DNA of 40,000 bases from Phenylobacterium sp. Lineage in GTDB: Bacteria > Pseudomonadota > Alphaproteobacteria > Caulobacterales > Caulobacteraceae. Under the pieces are notes generated by a model, which was given only the letters and a program-made list of their open reading frames with translations, did not search any database and was not told where the DNA came from. The DNA lies in NCBI RefSeq assembly GCF_041691455.1, contig NZ_JBEPUO010000007.1, forward strand, positions 97,951 to 137,950, read 5' to 3'. A program made the translations under genes and the position numbers. This document shows, piece by piece, positions 16,626 through 27,400 of the stretch (its first letter is position 1; the number at the start of each line of letters is the position of its first letter).

Positions 16626-18695
16626 GGCGGCTAGGGCGGTTTCCGCCCATTCCTCCACGGCTCGGACGATACTGCTCGCCCCTTTGCCCGCCGCATAGAC
16701 CAGGGGCCGCTCGCCCCGCTTGCCCTTGAGAAATTCCGTGGCCGCGTGTTTAGCGGACGCCCAGACCACGACCACCAGGTCCGATCGCGACGCCATGGCC
16801 GCCAGCGCCGCGCTGCCGCCGCGGTCGTGATTGAGATCGACGCTGACGTTGGGCGCCGCCCGGGTCAGCAGAGCCTGAGCCTGCCGGGCGGCCGGCTCCG
16901 TGAGGGTATAGATTCCGACCGTCTTGCCGCCGAGTACCTGGGCGATGGCGGTAACGTCGGGAGCGGCCTGGGCGCCGCTCTCCGCGACCAGCCCCGCATC
17001 TTCGGCCAGTGCCGCCAGGGCCACGCGCTGGCCGTCCGAGAGGCGTGCGGCTAGGCCTTGCAGCACGGAGACGACATTGACGGTGAAGTTCTGGAGGCGC
17101 GCCGCATCGACGGGCGACACCGCGCGCGCCGTATCGACGACGTCCAGCACGTCGTAGGCGGACGCCCGGCTTACCGCCTCGACGCACACGGTTTCGGCGG
17201 CGTCGAGCGCATCGCGATAGTCGGCCGAACTCAGGCCGCTGCGCAGAGCGCCGTCCAGAAGCGCCGAGGTGGAGCGCAACAAGGCGTCGCCGCGGCGCGC
17301 CGCGAACGCCATCCGCACCAGCAGCGCGAGATAGACGGATCGATAGGCCTCGCGCGGCCATTGCGGATCGCCCTGAGCCCACTGCACGAGGAAGGGCATG
17401 GCCTCCCCCAGGCGCTCTTCGGCGAGCCCCTCCGGAATGTTAGCGATCTGGTCGGCCAGCCGGAAAGCCGCCGCCGGATCCGCAGCCCCCGCCGGCAGAC
17501 GCCAGGCCGTCGCACCCAGCCGCGCACTTTCGAGCGCATCGAAGGTCTCGTCTCCGAGCCGCGTCAGCCAGGCCGCCCAGTCCTGCGGCGGCGCGATGTC
17601 GCCCGCCCTGGCACGCACTTCCTCCCATAGAGCCCGGAACATCGGGCGTTCGAGGAGACGGCCCTGCGCCGGCAGGTCCAGGGCGCGCATGGCGTCCTGG
17701 AGGGCGGCATCGGCATCGGGGTCGCCCTCCGCCGGGCTGCTGGCCACCACGAGAAAGGCGGTCTGTGCACGTTGTAGCGGGTCCTGCGGCGCCGGCGCAG
17801 CGTCCGGCGCCCTCGCGGGCGCAACGTCGGCCTGAACGGCGGCCGGGGCCTCCGGGGCCGGCGCGGCGTTCGAAACCAGGACGCGCAGCCGTTCCACCGC
17901 GTCGGCGGCCGGGTTCGGCGCACGGGCCAGCAGCGACGCCACGAACGGAAAGGCCTCGTCGTCGGCGAGCTCGTCGGGGGTCCGCTCCCGCCCGTCTTCC
18001 GGATCGAAAGCGGCGCACCAGTAGATGGCTTCCAGCAACACCTCGGCCGTGGCGGGCGAAGGTCCCGAGAGCGCCAGGCTCTCGAAGCGGTCGTGCCAGC
18101 GGATCGCCGTCCAGTCCCCGGCGACTGCGAGGATCTGCATCTCCAGTTGGGTGAGGTTGATGGCGTCCAGGCGGAGTTCCGACCTCAGCCGCCCGTGAAT
18201 GCGCCAGGCGTCCGCTACGTCGCCGCCGTTCAGGGCGTCCTGCAGTCCCCCCAGGAGCCGCGACGTGGGTTCCGGACGCGACAAGGTGAGGACGGGGGCC
18301 GTCGCCAGAAGGGTCTGCAGCCGGCTCAGCGCCCGGATGACCGCCAGATCGGACTGAGGCTCCAGCCCCGGGCGGAGTCGGGCGACCGCGCTGGCGCCGC
18401 TCGCGAAAAGGATCTGCGCGAGCGGGTCGGCCGTGGGAACGCTCAACGGAACGCCGTGGAAATCCGTCAGGGTCGGACCGGAGAAAGCCAGCAACAGCGG
18501 CTGCAGCTTGCGCCACTCGGACGGAGAGCCCGCGACGGCATAGACGCAGAAGCCGCCATCGGCCTGGCGCGCCGGCAGCAGGCCGCCGGGGAAGCTCTCC
18601 TGGCTAAGCGTGGCCGCCAGGTCGCCGGCGCCGGCGGGCAGCGCGGCCCAGTCCGCCGCCGCGCCGAAAGCCGCAAGATCCAGGGTCAGCGCCAC
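16614..18695 (-). CDS. dpdD: DpdD-like protein (last gene of the restriction array), with a C-terminal DUF2325-like Rossmann-type module
   Basis: 693 aa. The GTG start overlaps the dpdK stop by 10 nt. Most of the protein has no motif I recognise. The C-terminus [11 protein letters not shown]...[22 protein letters not shown]...[14 protein letters not shown] resembles the DUF2325 pattern. The name is assigned by elimination, size and context. Confidence 0.5.
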   Translation of the reverse strand: MALTLDLAAFGAAADWAALPAGAGDLAATLSQESFPGGLLPARQADGGFCVYAVAGSPSEWRKLQPLLLAFSGPTLTDFHGVPLSVPTADPLAQILFASGASAVARLRPGLEPQSDLAVIRALSRLQTLLATAPVLTLSRPEPTSRLLGGLQDALNGGDVADAWRIHGRLRSELRLDAINLTQLEMQILAVAGDWTAIRWHDRFESLALSGPSPATAEVLLEAIYWCAAFDPEDGRERTPDELADDEAFPFVASLLARAPNPAADAVERLRVLVSNAAPAPEAPAAVQADVAPARAPDAAPAPQDPLQRAQTAFLVVASSPAEGDPDADAALQDAMRALDLPAQGRLLERPMFRALWEEVRARAGDIAPPQDWAAWLTRLGDETFDALESARLGATAWRLPAGAADPAAAFRLADQIANIPEGLAEERLGEAMPFLVQWAQGDPQWPREAYRSVYLALLVRMAFAARRGDALLRSTSALLDGALRSGLSSADYRDALDAAETVCVEAVSRASAYDVLDVVDTARAVSPVDAARLQNFTVNVVSVLQGLAARLSDGQRVALAALAEDAGLVAESGAQAAPDVTAIAQVLGGKTVGIYTLTEPAARQAQALLTRAAPNVSVDLNHDRGGSAALAAMASRSDLVVVVWASAKHAATEFLKGKRGERPLVYAAGKGASSIVRAVEEWAETALAAVQA

Positions 18696-19213
18696 GTGAG
18701 GTGACTCCCCCAGCGTTCGGTCAGGGCCAGCCGCCGCATCGCCGCCGCCTGCGGGTCGGCCCGCAGGAGCACGTGCTCGTCGCTCGTGGTGAGGCCGCTG
18801 AGCGTGAAGTTCATCGAACCGCCGAACACATAGTCCTCGCCGACCAGGGTCTTCTCGTGCGCGTCCGGCGAAATCGCCAGACCGAGCCGCCCGTCGGCGC
18901 GGGCCTGCGCCTCGCGCAGCGTCCGGAGGAAATAAGCGTTGTGGTCGACCTCGCGCACGACGACCGCCACCCGTGCGCCGCGTTGGGCGACGGCTTCGAG
19001 CATCTGGGTCAGCCGGATGGAGCCGGCGGGCCAGTCGGGCCGCACCGCGCTGAACGCCCGGGCGCCGTTGTCGACGATCTCCACGTCGCTGATCCAGGCC
19101 GAGAGCACCCAGAGCTCTGCGCTGGGCCGGAGAAGCTCCGTCAGAAAGAGGGTTTGCAGGGCGTCGCGGATGGCTCGGCTCTGCCAGGGGCCCGTGAAGT
19201 CGCGGCTCGTCAT
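18686..19213 (-). CDS. dpdK: single-HKD phospholipase-D-family nuclease, DpdK-like
   Basis: 175 aa from the ATG at 19213 (TGATG junction with the dpdJ stop). HKD motif: HEKTLVGEDYVFGGSMNFT (HxK...D...GSxN). Above 19213, the 940-aa track ORF 18686..21508 is an alternate-frame shadow of dpdJ. Confidence 0.8.
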   Translation of the reverse strand: MTSRDFTGPWQSRAIRDALQTLFLTELLRPSAELWVLSAWISDVEIVDNGARAFSAVRPDWPAGSIRLTQMLEAVAQRGARVAVVVREVDHNAYFLRTLREAQARADGRLGLAISPDAHEKTLVGEDYVFGGSMNFTLSGLTTSDEHVLLRADPQAAAMRRLALTERWGSHLTWR

Positions 19214-22200
19214 CAGATCTGTTCCCGCAAGACGAGCGTCGCGACGATCTGGGTCTCGTCCTTGGCGATCCGTTCGAGGACCGGGAACAACTGCAGGTGT
19301 CCCACGTGGATGGGCCGCACCAGGGTTGCGACCAGCGCCTCGCCCAGCCGATCGCGACGGGCCAAGGGCGCGCTGAGCCGCCCGACGCCCTCCTGTGCGA
19401 GCGTGGCGGCGAGGCGCTCCCACCAGTCGTCGTCGGTCACCGGAATGGCGGCGCCCCCGCCCTCGAGCAGCAGCGCCCGGACCAGCGCCGGGTCGGCCGG
19501 CAGGTCGCCGCGGAACGGATTCCAGTTGGACAGGGCCTGACGATGCAGGGCCAGCGTCCGCGGCCAGAGCAGGGCGCCGAAGGCGAGCGCCCGGTCGCCC
19601 GGCGGCGCCGCGGCCTCGAAGACGCCGGCCGCCAGCGCCAGATCGGCGGCGGTTTGATCTGCGGTCGCCAGCACCGCCGCCTCGCGGGGATCCAGTTCGA
19701 CGCCAAGCCGCGCTTCCGTCTCTTCCCAGAAGGCCAAGAGACGTCGGACGAGATCGTCGTGACGCGGCCCGATGCCGGGGGTCAGCATCCGGGCGCTCAA
19801 GGTCACCACGAAGGCGCGGGTCGTTTCCACGCCGTGGCGATCGAGTTCCAGCAGAAGGTCGGCGCGCGCCGCCGCCCGGGCCACATGGCCCAACTCGGCC
19901 CGGACGCGGGCGATCGCCTCCGCCACGGCCGGCTCCCGGGCCGCGAGCCCATAGGTCCTGGCCAGCGCCCCGGAGGCGACCTCGAGGTCGCTGGGTTCGA
20001 GCGCCGCCTCGATGCCCCGGTACAGAGCGCGGGGTTCGCCGGCGAAGCGATCGGCGATGGACTGCAGGACGCCGGCGCCGCCCAAGGTGGTTTCGGTAAG
20101 CCAGAGCGTCGCCCGGCGCGGATCGGCCGGGTCGGTTTCCAGATCGGCCAGGATCGCATCGGCGGCTGCCTGGCGCGGCGTTGCGGCGACCGCCGCCGTC
20201 AGCAAACCCTCCGCGAGCGTGCCCACCAGGGTGACGCGCAGATAGCGCGCCCGCTCCGGCCCCGCAGCGTCCAGGGCGGCGAGCAGGTTGGCGTGCAACC
20301 GGGCGCGCACGCTGCCGTCCCGGAGCGCTTCTTGCAGCCGCCCCTTCAGGCGTTCGAGCCGGTCCCGCAGCGGGCGCGTTGGGCCCGCATGGTCGGGCGC
20401 CGGGTCGTCGTCGTCGTCCTCCGCACCGAGAACGTCGGCCCGCTGAACGCCGAGCAGGATGTTCATGACGTCGTCGTAGTCCGCGAGCGAGCCGGCCTGA
20501 TCCACGGCGTCGGCGGCGCGCTGTAGCGTCTCGCCCCGGTCGAGCGCGCGCCTCGCGCAACACAGCAGATGGACCTGCCGCAGCCAGGTCTTCAGGAAGC
20601 CGTTGGTCTCGCGCGGGAACTGCCGGTCCTCCGCCGTCAGCCACCGATGCAGCGACGTGTGGAGCGTGCGTTGCAGGTGCGGTTCGAGCGGCGCCTCGGC
20701 CAGCGCCTCGGCCGGCGGAAGCCGAAGCCGCAAGGCCAGGCCGTCGGTCTCGAAATCGAAGCCCACCGCCGCCAGGGCGCCATCGCCGTCCCGGAAGGTG
20801 ATGTCGACGATCTGGTCGACGCCGCCCGGACGGCGCAGTTCGGCGCGGGCCTCGCTGGCGAAGCGGCTGACGCCGACGCTCGCCCGAAAGCGGTGCAGGT
20901 AGATGTCGGCGCCTTCGACGAAGCCCTGCCATGCGGTCCGGGCCGGCGGCGCGACCTGCACCGGTTCCCCGTGCGGCTGGAAGGCGCTGGACCACGAGAG
21001 GCGCGAATTGGAAGTGACGCCGACGACGCCGCGCGTCGCCTTGTCCAGCCGCAGGCGCCAGGGCCGGAACACCTGCGCCTCGATCCAGCCTCCGGCGCCC
21101 TCGCCGCGATGGGGGCCCAGAGGTTCGGAGGTCTCCGCGTAGGCGGCGACGTCCAGATCCCACTGGGTGATCCCCGCGGGGACCGGCGACCAGTGGGCCA
21201 GACCCCCGTAGGCGTCGCCGAACCGGCGTGTGACCCGCCCCGGCGCCAACTGCGCCAGTCCCTGCTGCAGCGCCAGGGTCTCGGTGACATCGGGATCGCC
21301 CTGCCGGTCGCCCGCGTGGACGATCTCGAGTTCGGGAAGGTTGAGGTCGGCGAACAGAGCGCTTGGCGCGAAGTCCGGCAGGGGGTGGTCGCGGATCCAG
21401 AGATCGTCCCGGGCCGCGCCGTTCGGCCAGGCCAGTCGCCAGTTGCGGTACATCCGCCGGCTCAGCGTCGGGATCACCTCCAGAAGCAGGGAGCGGGGCG
21501 GTTCCCACAGCAGGCTGGCCACCGCGGTGTCGTCCAGGCGCAGCGACGCCTTCAGATGGTCGGCGAGCGAGCGGCGCAGAGGACCGTCGGCGCGCAGCAC
21601 CTCCGACAGCAGGCGCGCGATGTGATCGCGCCAGGCGGCATCGTCCCAGGCCGGGCGGCTGGGCTGCGCCACAGTCTGCCAGGCGCTGCTGGTCGGTGTG
21701 CCGGGCGGGCGCGGCTGATCGGCAATCCAGTCCAGCAAGGCGAACGCGGCCTGCATGCGCAGCACATATTCGTTGCGGATCGGCAGGGACTGGGGCGGCA
21801 AGGTCGGTTCGAAAAGGTGCTCGGCCGCCTGGAACAACTGCCGGTCCCGGCCGTAGTCGGACAGGACCGTCAGCGTCAGCGGCCGCATCCGGCGGTCCCG
21901 CCCGGCGCGGCCGCGGCGCTGCAGGAAGGACGCGAAGTCCCGCGGCGCCTTGTGCTGCAGAACCGCGCCGACGCGACGGTCGTTGAAACCGACCTCCAGA
22001 GCCGATGTAGCGACGATGATATTGGCGGCGGCGTCGACGCCGGGGTCACGGGAGGTGGTGCGCGCGACGGTCAAGCGGTCGGACAGCGCGCGCCCTATCA
22101 CTTCGGGTAGTCTCCAGCGCTGGCCGTCCGCATCGCGGGCCCGGCGATCGGCATCGGTTTCCACGAGGCCGGGGGGCGCCTGACCGCGCATGGCCGCGAG

Positions 22201-23739
22201 CGGCAGACGCGCCGGATCGGGGTTGCCGAAGCGATCGAAGGCTTCCGCGTCCCGCAGGTCGTCGAACAGGCGATGCGTCACGTCCAGGTCGTCGGTGAAG
22301 GCGAACATCCGTTCGCCGAAGCGGAACTGCGACGGTCCGCCGGGCGGATCGAGAATGCGGCCGGCGAGCATGGCGGTCTGAATGGACGTCGAGAGCAGCG
22401 AGGTCCCGGCGGCGGGATCGCCCCGCAGCGCGATCTGATACTCGCGGCCCTCCTCGACATATTCGTCGTCTTGCGGCGTCACCTCCGCGACCGCGCCGGG
22501 CGGCAGGCCCGTCAGTTCGGCGAAGAAAGTCGCAGCGTCCTGCAGGGTGGCCGAAAGTCCGACCCAGGCGATGGGACCGCCCGCCAGCCGCCGCCACCGC
22601 CGCAAGGTCAGGGCCGCCTGGGCCCCGGCGACGCCGGTGTAGGTGTGCGCCTCGTCCAGCAGCAGGAACTCTGGCCGTCGGTTCGCAGCGGTCCGCACGC
22701 CGAACAGTCCGCGGCGGCGCTGGTCCGACAGGGACCGGTTGAGCATCTCGGTCGTCGTGAACAGCAGGTCGGGCGGCTCGCGGCGCAGGCGGTCGCGCGT
22801 CAGGACGAGCACCTCCGGGTCCGTGACCGACCCGCAGGACCGCGCGCATTGCAGGCGCTCGACGCCCTGAGCGATGTCTTCCGAACTCCACACCATGTCC
22901 CCGCCGCATCCGCAGCGCAGGTAGGGACAGACATAGGCCGTGCGCCGTCGCCGCCAGACCCGGGCGACCGCTTCCTCCCGGCCGGCGGTGGGCGTGTCGC
23001 CATAGAACGCGCCGAGCCGGATCGGCCGGCGGCCGGCCGCGGCCAGGGTGTCCACCAGGGCCACGGCGTTGCCGTAGGCCTCGCTCAGTTGATCCTTCAG
23101 CAACTCGTTGCGCGGATAGATGGCGATGGCTTTGGTCCAGAAGTCTCCCGTACGGACCCGTTCGGCGAGGCGCGTGAACACCGGCAGATAGAAGGCCAGG
23201 GTCTTGCCCGACCCGGTGCCGGCGCCGACGATCACCCCGACGTCCTGGCCCGGCGTCGGGAGCAGGCGATCCGCCGCCCGCAACTGAAAGGCCGCCAGCG
23301 CACCCGGGGCGATCGCCCGCCACACCGCCCGCTGAAGCGCTGTCAGATCCGCGGCGTCGGCTGCGGCGCCAGAGTCCTGGTCCCATCGCGGATAACGCCG
23401 CGCCCGCACGTCGAGACGGTAGTCGGCGACCAGCGGCGGCGCGCCGCGCCAGGATTCGCCGGCGAACGTCTGCCGCATCCGGGCCAGCAACCGAACCGTC
23501 TCGCCAAACCGGCTTCGGTAGCGGGGACCCCGCCCCGGGACGTCGAACTCCACGACGAGCGCGGCTTCGACCAGCGCTTCGAGACCGTCCTCGGCCTCTC
23601 CGGGGAAATGCGCTTCGGCGATCTCCAACGCTTCGTCGCGTCCCAGCGAAGCGCTGACGTCGCCCCACCGCAGCGAAAGCAGTTCGACGTCCTCGATCGC
23701 GTTCAGCAAGGCATCGTGCGCGGCGCCGAGAGCGGCCAT
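19213..23739 (-). CDS. dpdJ: very large DEAH-box SF2 helicase, DpdJ-like
   Basis: 1508 aa from the ATG at 23739 (TGATG junction with the upstream stop). Motifs: GAGTGSGKTLAFYLP (I), LLDEAHTY (II), LSATL (III), ATSALEVGFND...LQRRGRAGR (V/VI). A Cys cluster, CPYLRCGCGG...CARSCG, sits between motifs I and II. The roughly 750-aa C-terminal region has no motif I recognise. Confidence 0.8.
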   Translation of the reverse strand: MAALGAAHDALLNAIEDVELLSLRWGDVSASLGRDEALEIAEAHFPGEAEDGLEALVEAALVVEFDVPGRGPRYRSRFGETVRLLARMRQTFAGESWRGAPPLVADYRLDVRARRYPRWDQDSGAAADAADLTALQRAVWRAIAPGALAAFQLRAADRLLPTPGQDVGVIVGAGTGSGKTLAFYLPVFTRLAERVRTGDFWTKAIAIYPRNELLKDQLSEAYGNAVALVDTLAAAGRRPIRLGAFYGDTPTAGREEAVARVWRRRRTAYVCPYLRCGCGGDMVWSSEDIAQGVERLQCARSCGSVTDPEVLVLTRDRLRREPPDLLFTTTEMLNRSLSDQRRRGLFGVRTAANRRPEFLLLDEAHTYTGVAGAQAALTLRRWRRLAGGPIAWVGLSATLQDAATFFAELTGLPPGAVAEVTPQDDEYVEEGREYQIALRGDPAAGTSLLSTSIQTAMLAGRILDPPGGPSQFRFGERMFAFTDDLDVTHRLFDDLRDAEAFDRFGNPDPARLPLAAMRGQAPPGLVETDADRRARDADGQRWRLPEVIGRALSDRLTVARTTSRDPGVDAAANIIVATSALEVGFNDRRVGAVLQHKAPRDFASFLQRRGRAGRDRRMRPLTLTVLSDYGRDRQLFQAAEHLFEPTLPPQSLPIRNEYVLRMQAAFALLDWIADQPRPPGTPTSSAWQTVAQPSRPAWDDAAWRDHIARLLSEVLRADGPLRRSLADHLKASLRLDDTAVASLLWEPPRSLLLEVIPTLSRRMYRNWRLAWPNGAARDDLWIRDHPLPDFAPSALFADLNLPELEIVHAGDRQGDPDVTETLALQQGLAQLAPGRVTRRFGDAYGGLAHWSPVPAGITQWDLDVAAYAETSEPLGPHRGEGAGGWIEAQVFRPWRLRLDKATRGVVGVTSNSRLSWSSAFQPHGEPVQVAPPARTAWQGFVEGADIYLHRFRASVGVSRFASEARAELRRPGGVDQIVDITFRDGDGALAAVGFDFETDGLALRLRLPPAEALAEAPLEPHLQRTLHTSLHRWLTAEDRQFPRETNGFLKTWLRQVHLLCCARRALDRGETLQRAADAVDQAGSLADYDDVMNILLGVQRADVLGAEDDDDDPAPDHAGPTRPLRDRLERLKGRLQEALRDGSVRARLHANLLAALDAAGPERARYLRVTLVGTLAEGLLTAAVAATPRQAAADAILADLETDPADPRRATLWLTETTLGGAGVLQSIADRFAGEPRALYRGIEAALEPSDLEVASGALARTYGLAAREPAVAEAIARVRAELGHVARAAARADLLLELDRHGVETTRAFVVTLSARMLTPGIGPRHDDLVRRLLAFWEETEARLGVELDPREAAVLATADQTAADLALAAGVFEAAAPPGDRALAFGALLWPRTLALHRQALSNWNPFRGDLPADPALVRALLLEGGGAAIPVTDDDWWERLAATLAQEGVGRLSAPLARRDRLGEALVATLVRPIHVGHLQLFPVLERIAKDETQIVATLVLREQI

Positions 23740-24449
23740 CAGCGGGTCCGGATTCCGAACGCGCCGCCGAGCCCGTTCGCCGTGAGCCACGTCTGCACCG
23801 GCTCGTCCAGCCGCGCCAGATCTGCGCCGCCGTCGCTGCTGGCGTCGCGCAGGAACCGCGCCACGGACGGCGGCAGGCTCTCGGCGTCGAGCGTTCGCCA
23901 AGCGGTGGCGCAAGCCTCCGCAAGGTCGTCTAGCGTCTTGAAGATGGCCGGATCGATGGGAAGTTGGTCCGCCAGCGCGAGGGCGTCCCGCCTCAGTCGA
24001 CGCACCCGTTCCACGCGGGCCTGGAGCGCCGAGATCTGCGACAGGTGCTGCAGAAGATCTTCCCCGACGCTCGGGACTTTGCTGCGGACATGGGCCGACC
24101 AGGCCGCCGCCGACGCGGCTTCGACGGCCGCCGACAGGAGGTTGAGGGGGCCGATCGTTTTCGGAGACAGTTCGTTTGACGCCGCTGCGGCCGGATCGCT
24201 CGCGAGATCGGCCTTGAACGTCCTGAGGTAGAACGCAATGCCACCGGCCGACTTCGTGTCGAGGGCGACGGTCAGGCCTTCCGAGACGAGCAGGGTCCGG
24301 CGACCGAGTGCCAGCCGCAGCTTGGCGAGCGCCGCCTCCAACTGACCGGTCCGGGTCTCGACGGCCTGAACCTGGTGGGCGGAACTGCGCAGGGCGCCGA
24401 GTTCCGTGGTGTCCGATACGAAGCTGGCGGACCGCTCGAGCAGGCTCAC
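23739..24449 (-). CDS. dpdI: DpdI-like hypothetical protein
   Basis: 236 aa from the GTG at 24449 (GTGA overlap with the dpdH stop). Composition changes from Arg/Gly/Pro-rich, in the overlapping 5' part of track ORF 23739..24998, to balanced and Leu/Ala/Ser-rich. No motif recognised. The name comes from position and size only. Confidence 0.5.
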   Translation of the reverse strand: MSLLERSASFVSDTTELGALRSSAHQVQAVETRTGQLEAALAKLRLALGRRTLLVSEGLTVALDTKSAGGIAFYLRTFKADLASDPAAAASNELSPKTIGPLNLLSAAVEAASAAAWSAHVRSKVPSVGEDLLQHLSQISALQARVERVRRLRRDALALADQLPIDPAIFKTLDDLAEACATAWRTLDAESLPPSVARFLRDASSDGGADLARLDEPVQTWLTANGLGGAFGIRTR

Positions 24450-27400
24450 GCTTCGGTCTCCAGCGGCTCGAGTTCGCTCACGAGATCGTCGACCACCTGG
24501 CTCAGGCGGCCGATCTTTTCGCTGATCTGATCGACGCCGGCGTCCGTCCGTTTCTGGGCGATCTCCGTCTCGGCCGCGTCGAGGAACGCGGTCCAGGCCG
24601 TCACCAGCCTGGACGCCGCCTCGACGGCCTCCCGACGCCCGCGGGCATAAGTGGGCAGTTCGGCCTCCGGCGGATCGGCGGTGGCCACCACGCGGGCCGA
24701 GCGCACCGCGGCGTCGAACTGAACCTGCGCGAGCTCGGCGCAACTGCGCTCCAGCGCCGGAGCCGGCGCATGGACGCCCTCGGCGATGGCCGCCGCCGCC
24801 GCGGCTCTCGCGGCCTGCAGAATGTCCTGACGGCCGGTTTCGGGGCCGAACGCCGCATCGATCTCCGCAAGCCACGCCACCCGCGCGTCGCGCTCCGCCG
24901 CAAGGGCGGGCGGCAGGTCTCTCAGGACCAGAGCGTAGAGGTCGCCGATCTCCGCATAGAGATCCGGCAGCGGAGCGGGCGTCCGGGACAGGGCCCACTT
25001 CTGCCGGCGCAGTCGACGCGCCGCGTCGCGAACCGGCCGCGGATCGATCGGACGGCCCTGGCGTCCGCCCTTGGAGGCGGAGACGTGCGCCCTGAGCAGG
25101 GATTGCAGGTTCGCGCGCTTCGTCCGGAGGCGCGTGTAGACCGCGCTCAACTTGCCATCGGCGAACGGACTCTCGTCGGGCATCGGCCGGAAGATCGCCT
25201 CGATCATCTTTTCGTCGGTGATCGGTCCCGTCGCCAGACCCCCGGCCAGGGCGGACCCGACCAACAACAGGTCTACGGCGCCGGCGACCGGATCCCAGGT
25301 CTTCGGATTTCCGGCCAGGCCCTTGAGTTGACGGGAAACTTCATTTGCGCAGGCCGTCGCCAGCTCGCTGAGCGCCGCCAGGCCTTCCAGCCCGAAGGCC
25401 TGGTTCCAATCGCCCGTCTTCTGGTGTTTCAGCAGCACCTCGAGCGCCAGGGCCGTGGCGGTGAAGCCGGCGGCGTCCCTCCGGAGCGGCAGCTCGAGCC
25501 GGATGGCGCCGCCGACGCCCCCGGTGGTGGCCTGGTTGGCGAACTGGATGCTCTGGTTCCGGAACGGTCGATTGCCGGTGCTCGCGGTCGCGCTGGCGAA
25601 GGTGGTCGGCAGCAGTCCCAGTTCGTCCCAGTCGATGGAGCGCTCGATCAACGGGAACAGCCCGTTGCGCAGCGTCTGGGCGAGACTCTGATCGAGACGT
25701 CCGCCATCGATCCAGGCTCCGAGCTGCACGGCCACGGGATCGCGAGCCGCGACTTTCGGACCGGCGCTGGAAGACGTCCCGTCATCCGATGCAGCGGCTT
25801 CCGCCGACGAAATGTCGTCTTCGATCGGTTCGGGTCCGGATTCGGCGAACCCGCTGAGCGGCGGGAGGCCAAACGCCTGCAGCGCCGGATCCGCCGCACC
25901 GTTCAACCGGCCGGCGTTCCAGAGTTGGTAGAAGGCCAGATACTGATCGAAGCGAGGGCCGGCTTTTTCCTGCAGGCGTCCGCGCTCGAAGCTGAGGATG
26001 TCCGCGCCCCCCAACTGGTTGAGCAGGGCGAGAGACGGAAAGCTTCCCGTCTTGAGATTGGCCGCCTCTTCCATCAGGACCGGTTTCAGGACGCGGCGCT
26101 GGAAACGCCGCGGGTTGAACCGCTCGCCATCGTCGGCCCCCGCCCGACGCGCGAAATCCGGCAGGGCGGCGGCGGTGAACGGATAGAGCCCCATACCCTC
26201 GCGGCTGGCGCCGAACGCGGCGAAGCAGTCCGGCCGCCATTCGCAGCCCTCGCAAGCATTGGGAAGCTCGCGGGCCGACAGCCCGAAGGCTTGGTCCAGG
26301 CCGGTCTTGCCGACCCGGACGGCGTTGAGGTAGCGGGCCGTGAACGCCGCGAGATCCGGACGCGGAGGGGCGTCCTCCAGATCGACGATGGCGTCCATGC
26401 GCGTGCGCACGGTGTCGGGCAGGTCGCGGAAGCGGCCGCTGGTGCAGGCCAGCGCCCACCGCACATTGCAGAGATTCTCGCCGCCCTGGACCAGCAGGGC
26501 CGACAGCATCGCCAGGTCGTAGCCCTGCAAGCGCGCGAACTCTTCGAACAGAATGACCAGTTCGCGGCCTTCCGCCTTCAGGCGGGTGCGGATCCGGCCC
26601 ATGAGCTCGCCGAGCAGGTCGCCGGAAAAGTTGAGCGCCCGCGCGATCGCGCGGTTGAGGTTGCGGTTGATCACCGTCAGCACCGAGGGGATCGTCCGGT
26701 CGGCGTCGTAAAGATAGATCTCGATCGCGTCGCGCGCCGGCTTCGAGCACTTTAGCAGATCGAGGCCGCTGAGCGGCAGGCTGTCCTTGTCGAACAGGAT
26801 CTGCTCGTCCAGCCGCTTGCCCTCGCGCGCGGAAAACAGGCGATCCACCAGCTGGGACACGACCTCGCCGTCGGCCAGAAACTTGGTCGGCCGCAGATGC
26901 GGATCGCGGAGGAGATCGGGGAGCGCGGCAAGGAGCACCTGCTCCAGTTCCGGGTCCATCCCCGGCTGCGGCTGCGGCGTATCCTCTTCGATAGCCTGCG
27001 CCAGGCTGTCGAGCAGGACGGATTTCTGGGCCTCCGGGGTCGCGAGCGTGGTGCCCGCCCGCTGCAGATCCTCCAGGTAACGGGCGCGCTCTTCGGGCGG
27101 CAGGCGCTGGATCAGCTTTTCGAGGACCGCGCGGAGATTGGTCTCCAGTCGCCGGATGGCCAGCACCTCGAAGCCCGACCGCAGTTCGACCAGCTGGCGC
27201 ATGCGGTGAATGACATGCGACTTGCCGGCGCCGGACGGGCCGAGCACCGCCAGCTGATAGTGTCCGCGAACCGGATCGAGGAACTGCTCGACCAGCTGCT
27301 CCGTGGACATCTCCCGGGCCGGCCCGGCATAGGGGTCGGTGACCCGCAGGGGCGTGGCGGTGTCCACCGCCCAGAACACCGGATCGGGAACGAAGTCCGC

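Noticed and set aside
10816-16650. Minus-strand ORFs 10816..11958, 11673..12962, 14233..15384 and 15928..16650, antisense to the modification operon
   Set aside because: The plus-strand frames contain the DGQHR, TGT zinc-site, QueD and QueC signatures and are linked by ATGA overlaps. The antisense translations have no features.
19214-23923. Same-strand alternate-frame ORFs over dpdJ: the upper part of 18686..21508 (940 aa) and 22046..23923 (625 aa)
   Set aside because: Their composition is extreme (runs of R, G, P and A). Only the last 175 aa of the 940-aa ORF, after an ATG that overlaps the dpdJ stop, look like a real protein (the HKD nuclease).
24450-24998. 5' extension of the dpdI ORF (track start 24998)
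   Set aside because: It overlaps dpdH in another frame with an Arg/Gly-rich translation. The GTG at 24449 overlaps the dpdH stop.
19297-26755. Plus-strand ORFs 19297..20526, 20569..22110, 22273..24231 and 24308..26755 (409-815 aa)
   Set aside because: All lie antisense to dpdJ, dpdI or dpdH, have low-complexity Arg/Gly/Pro-rich translations and carry no motifs. The minus-strand frames carry the Walker A, DEAH and other helicase motifs.
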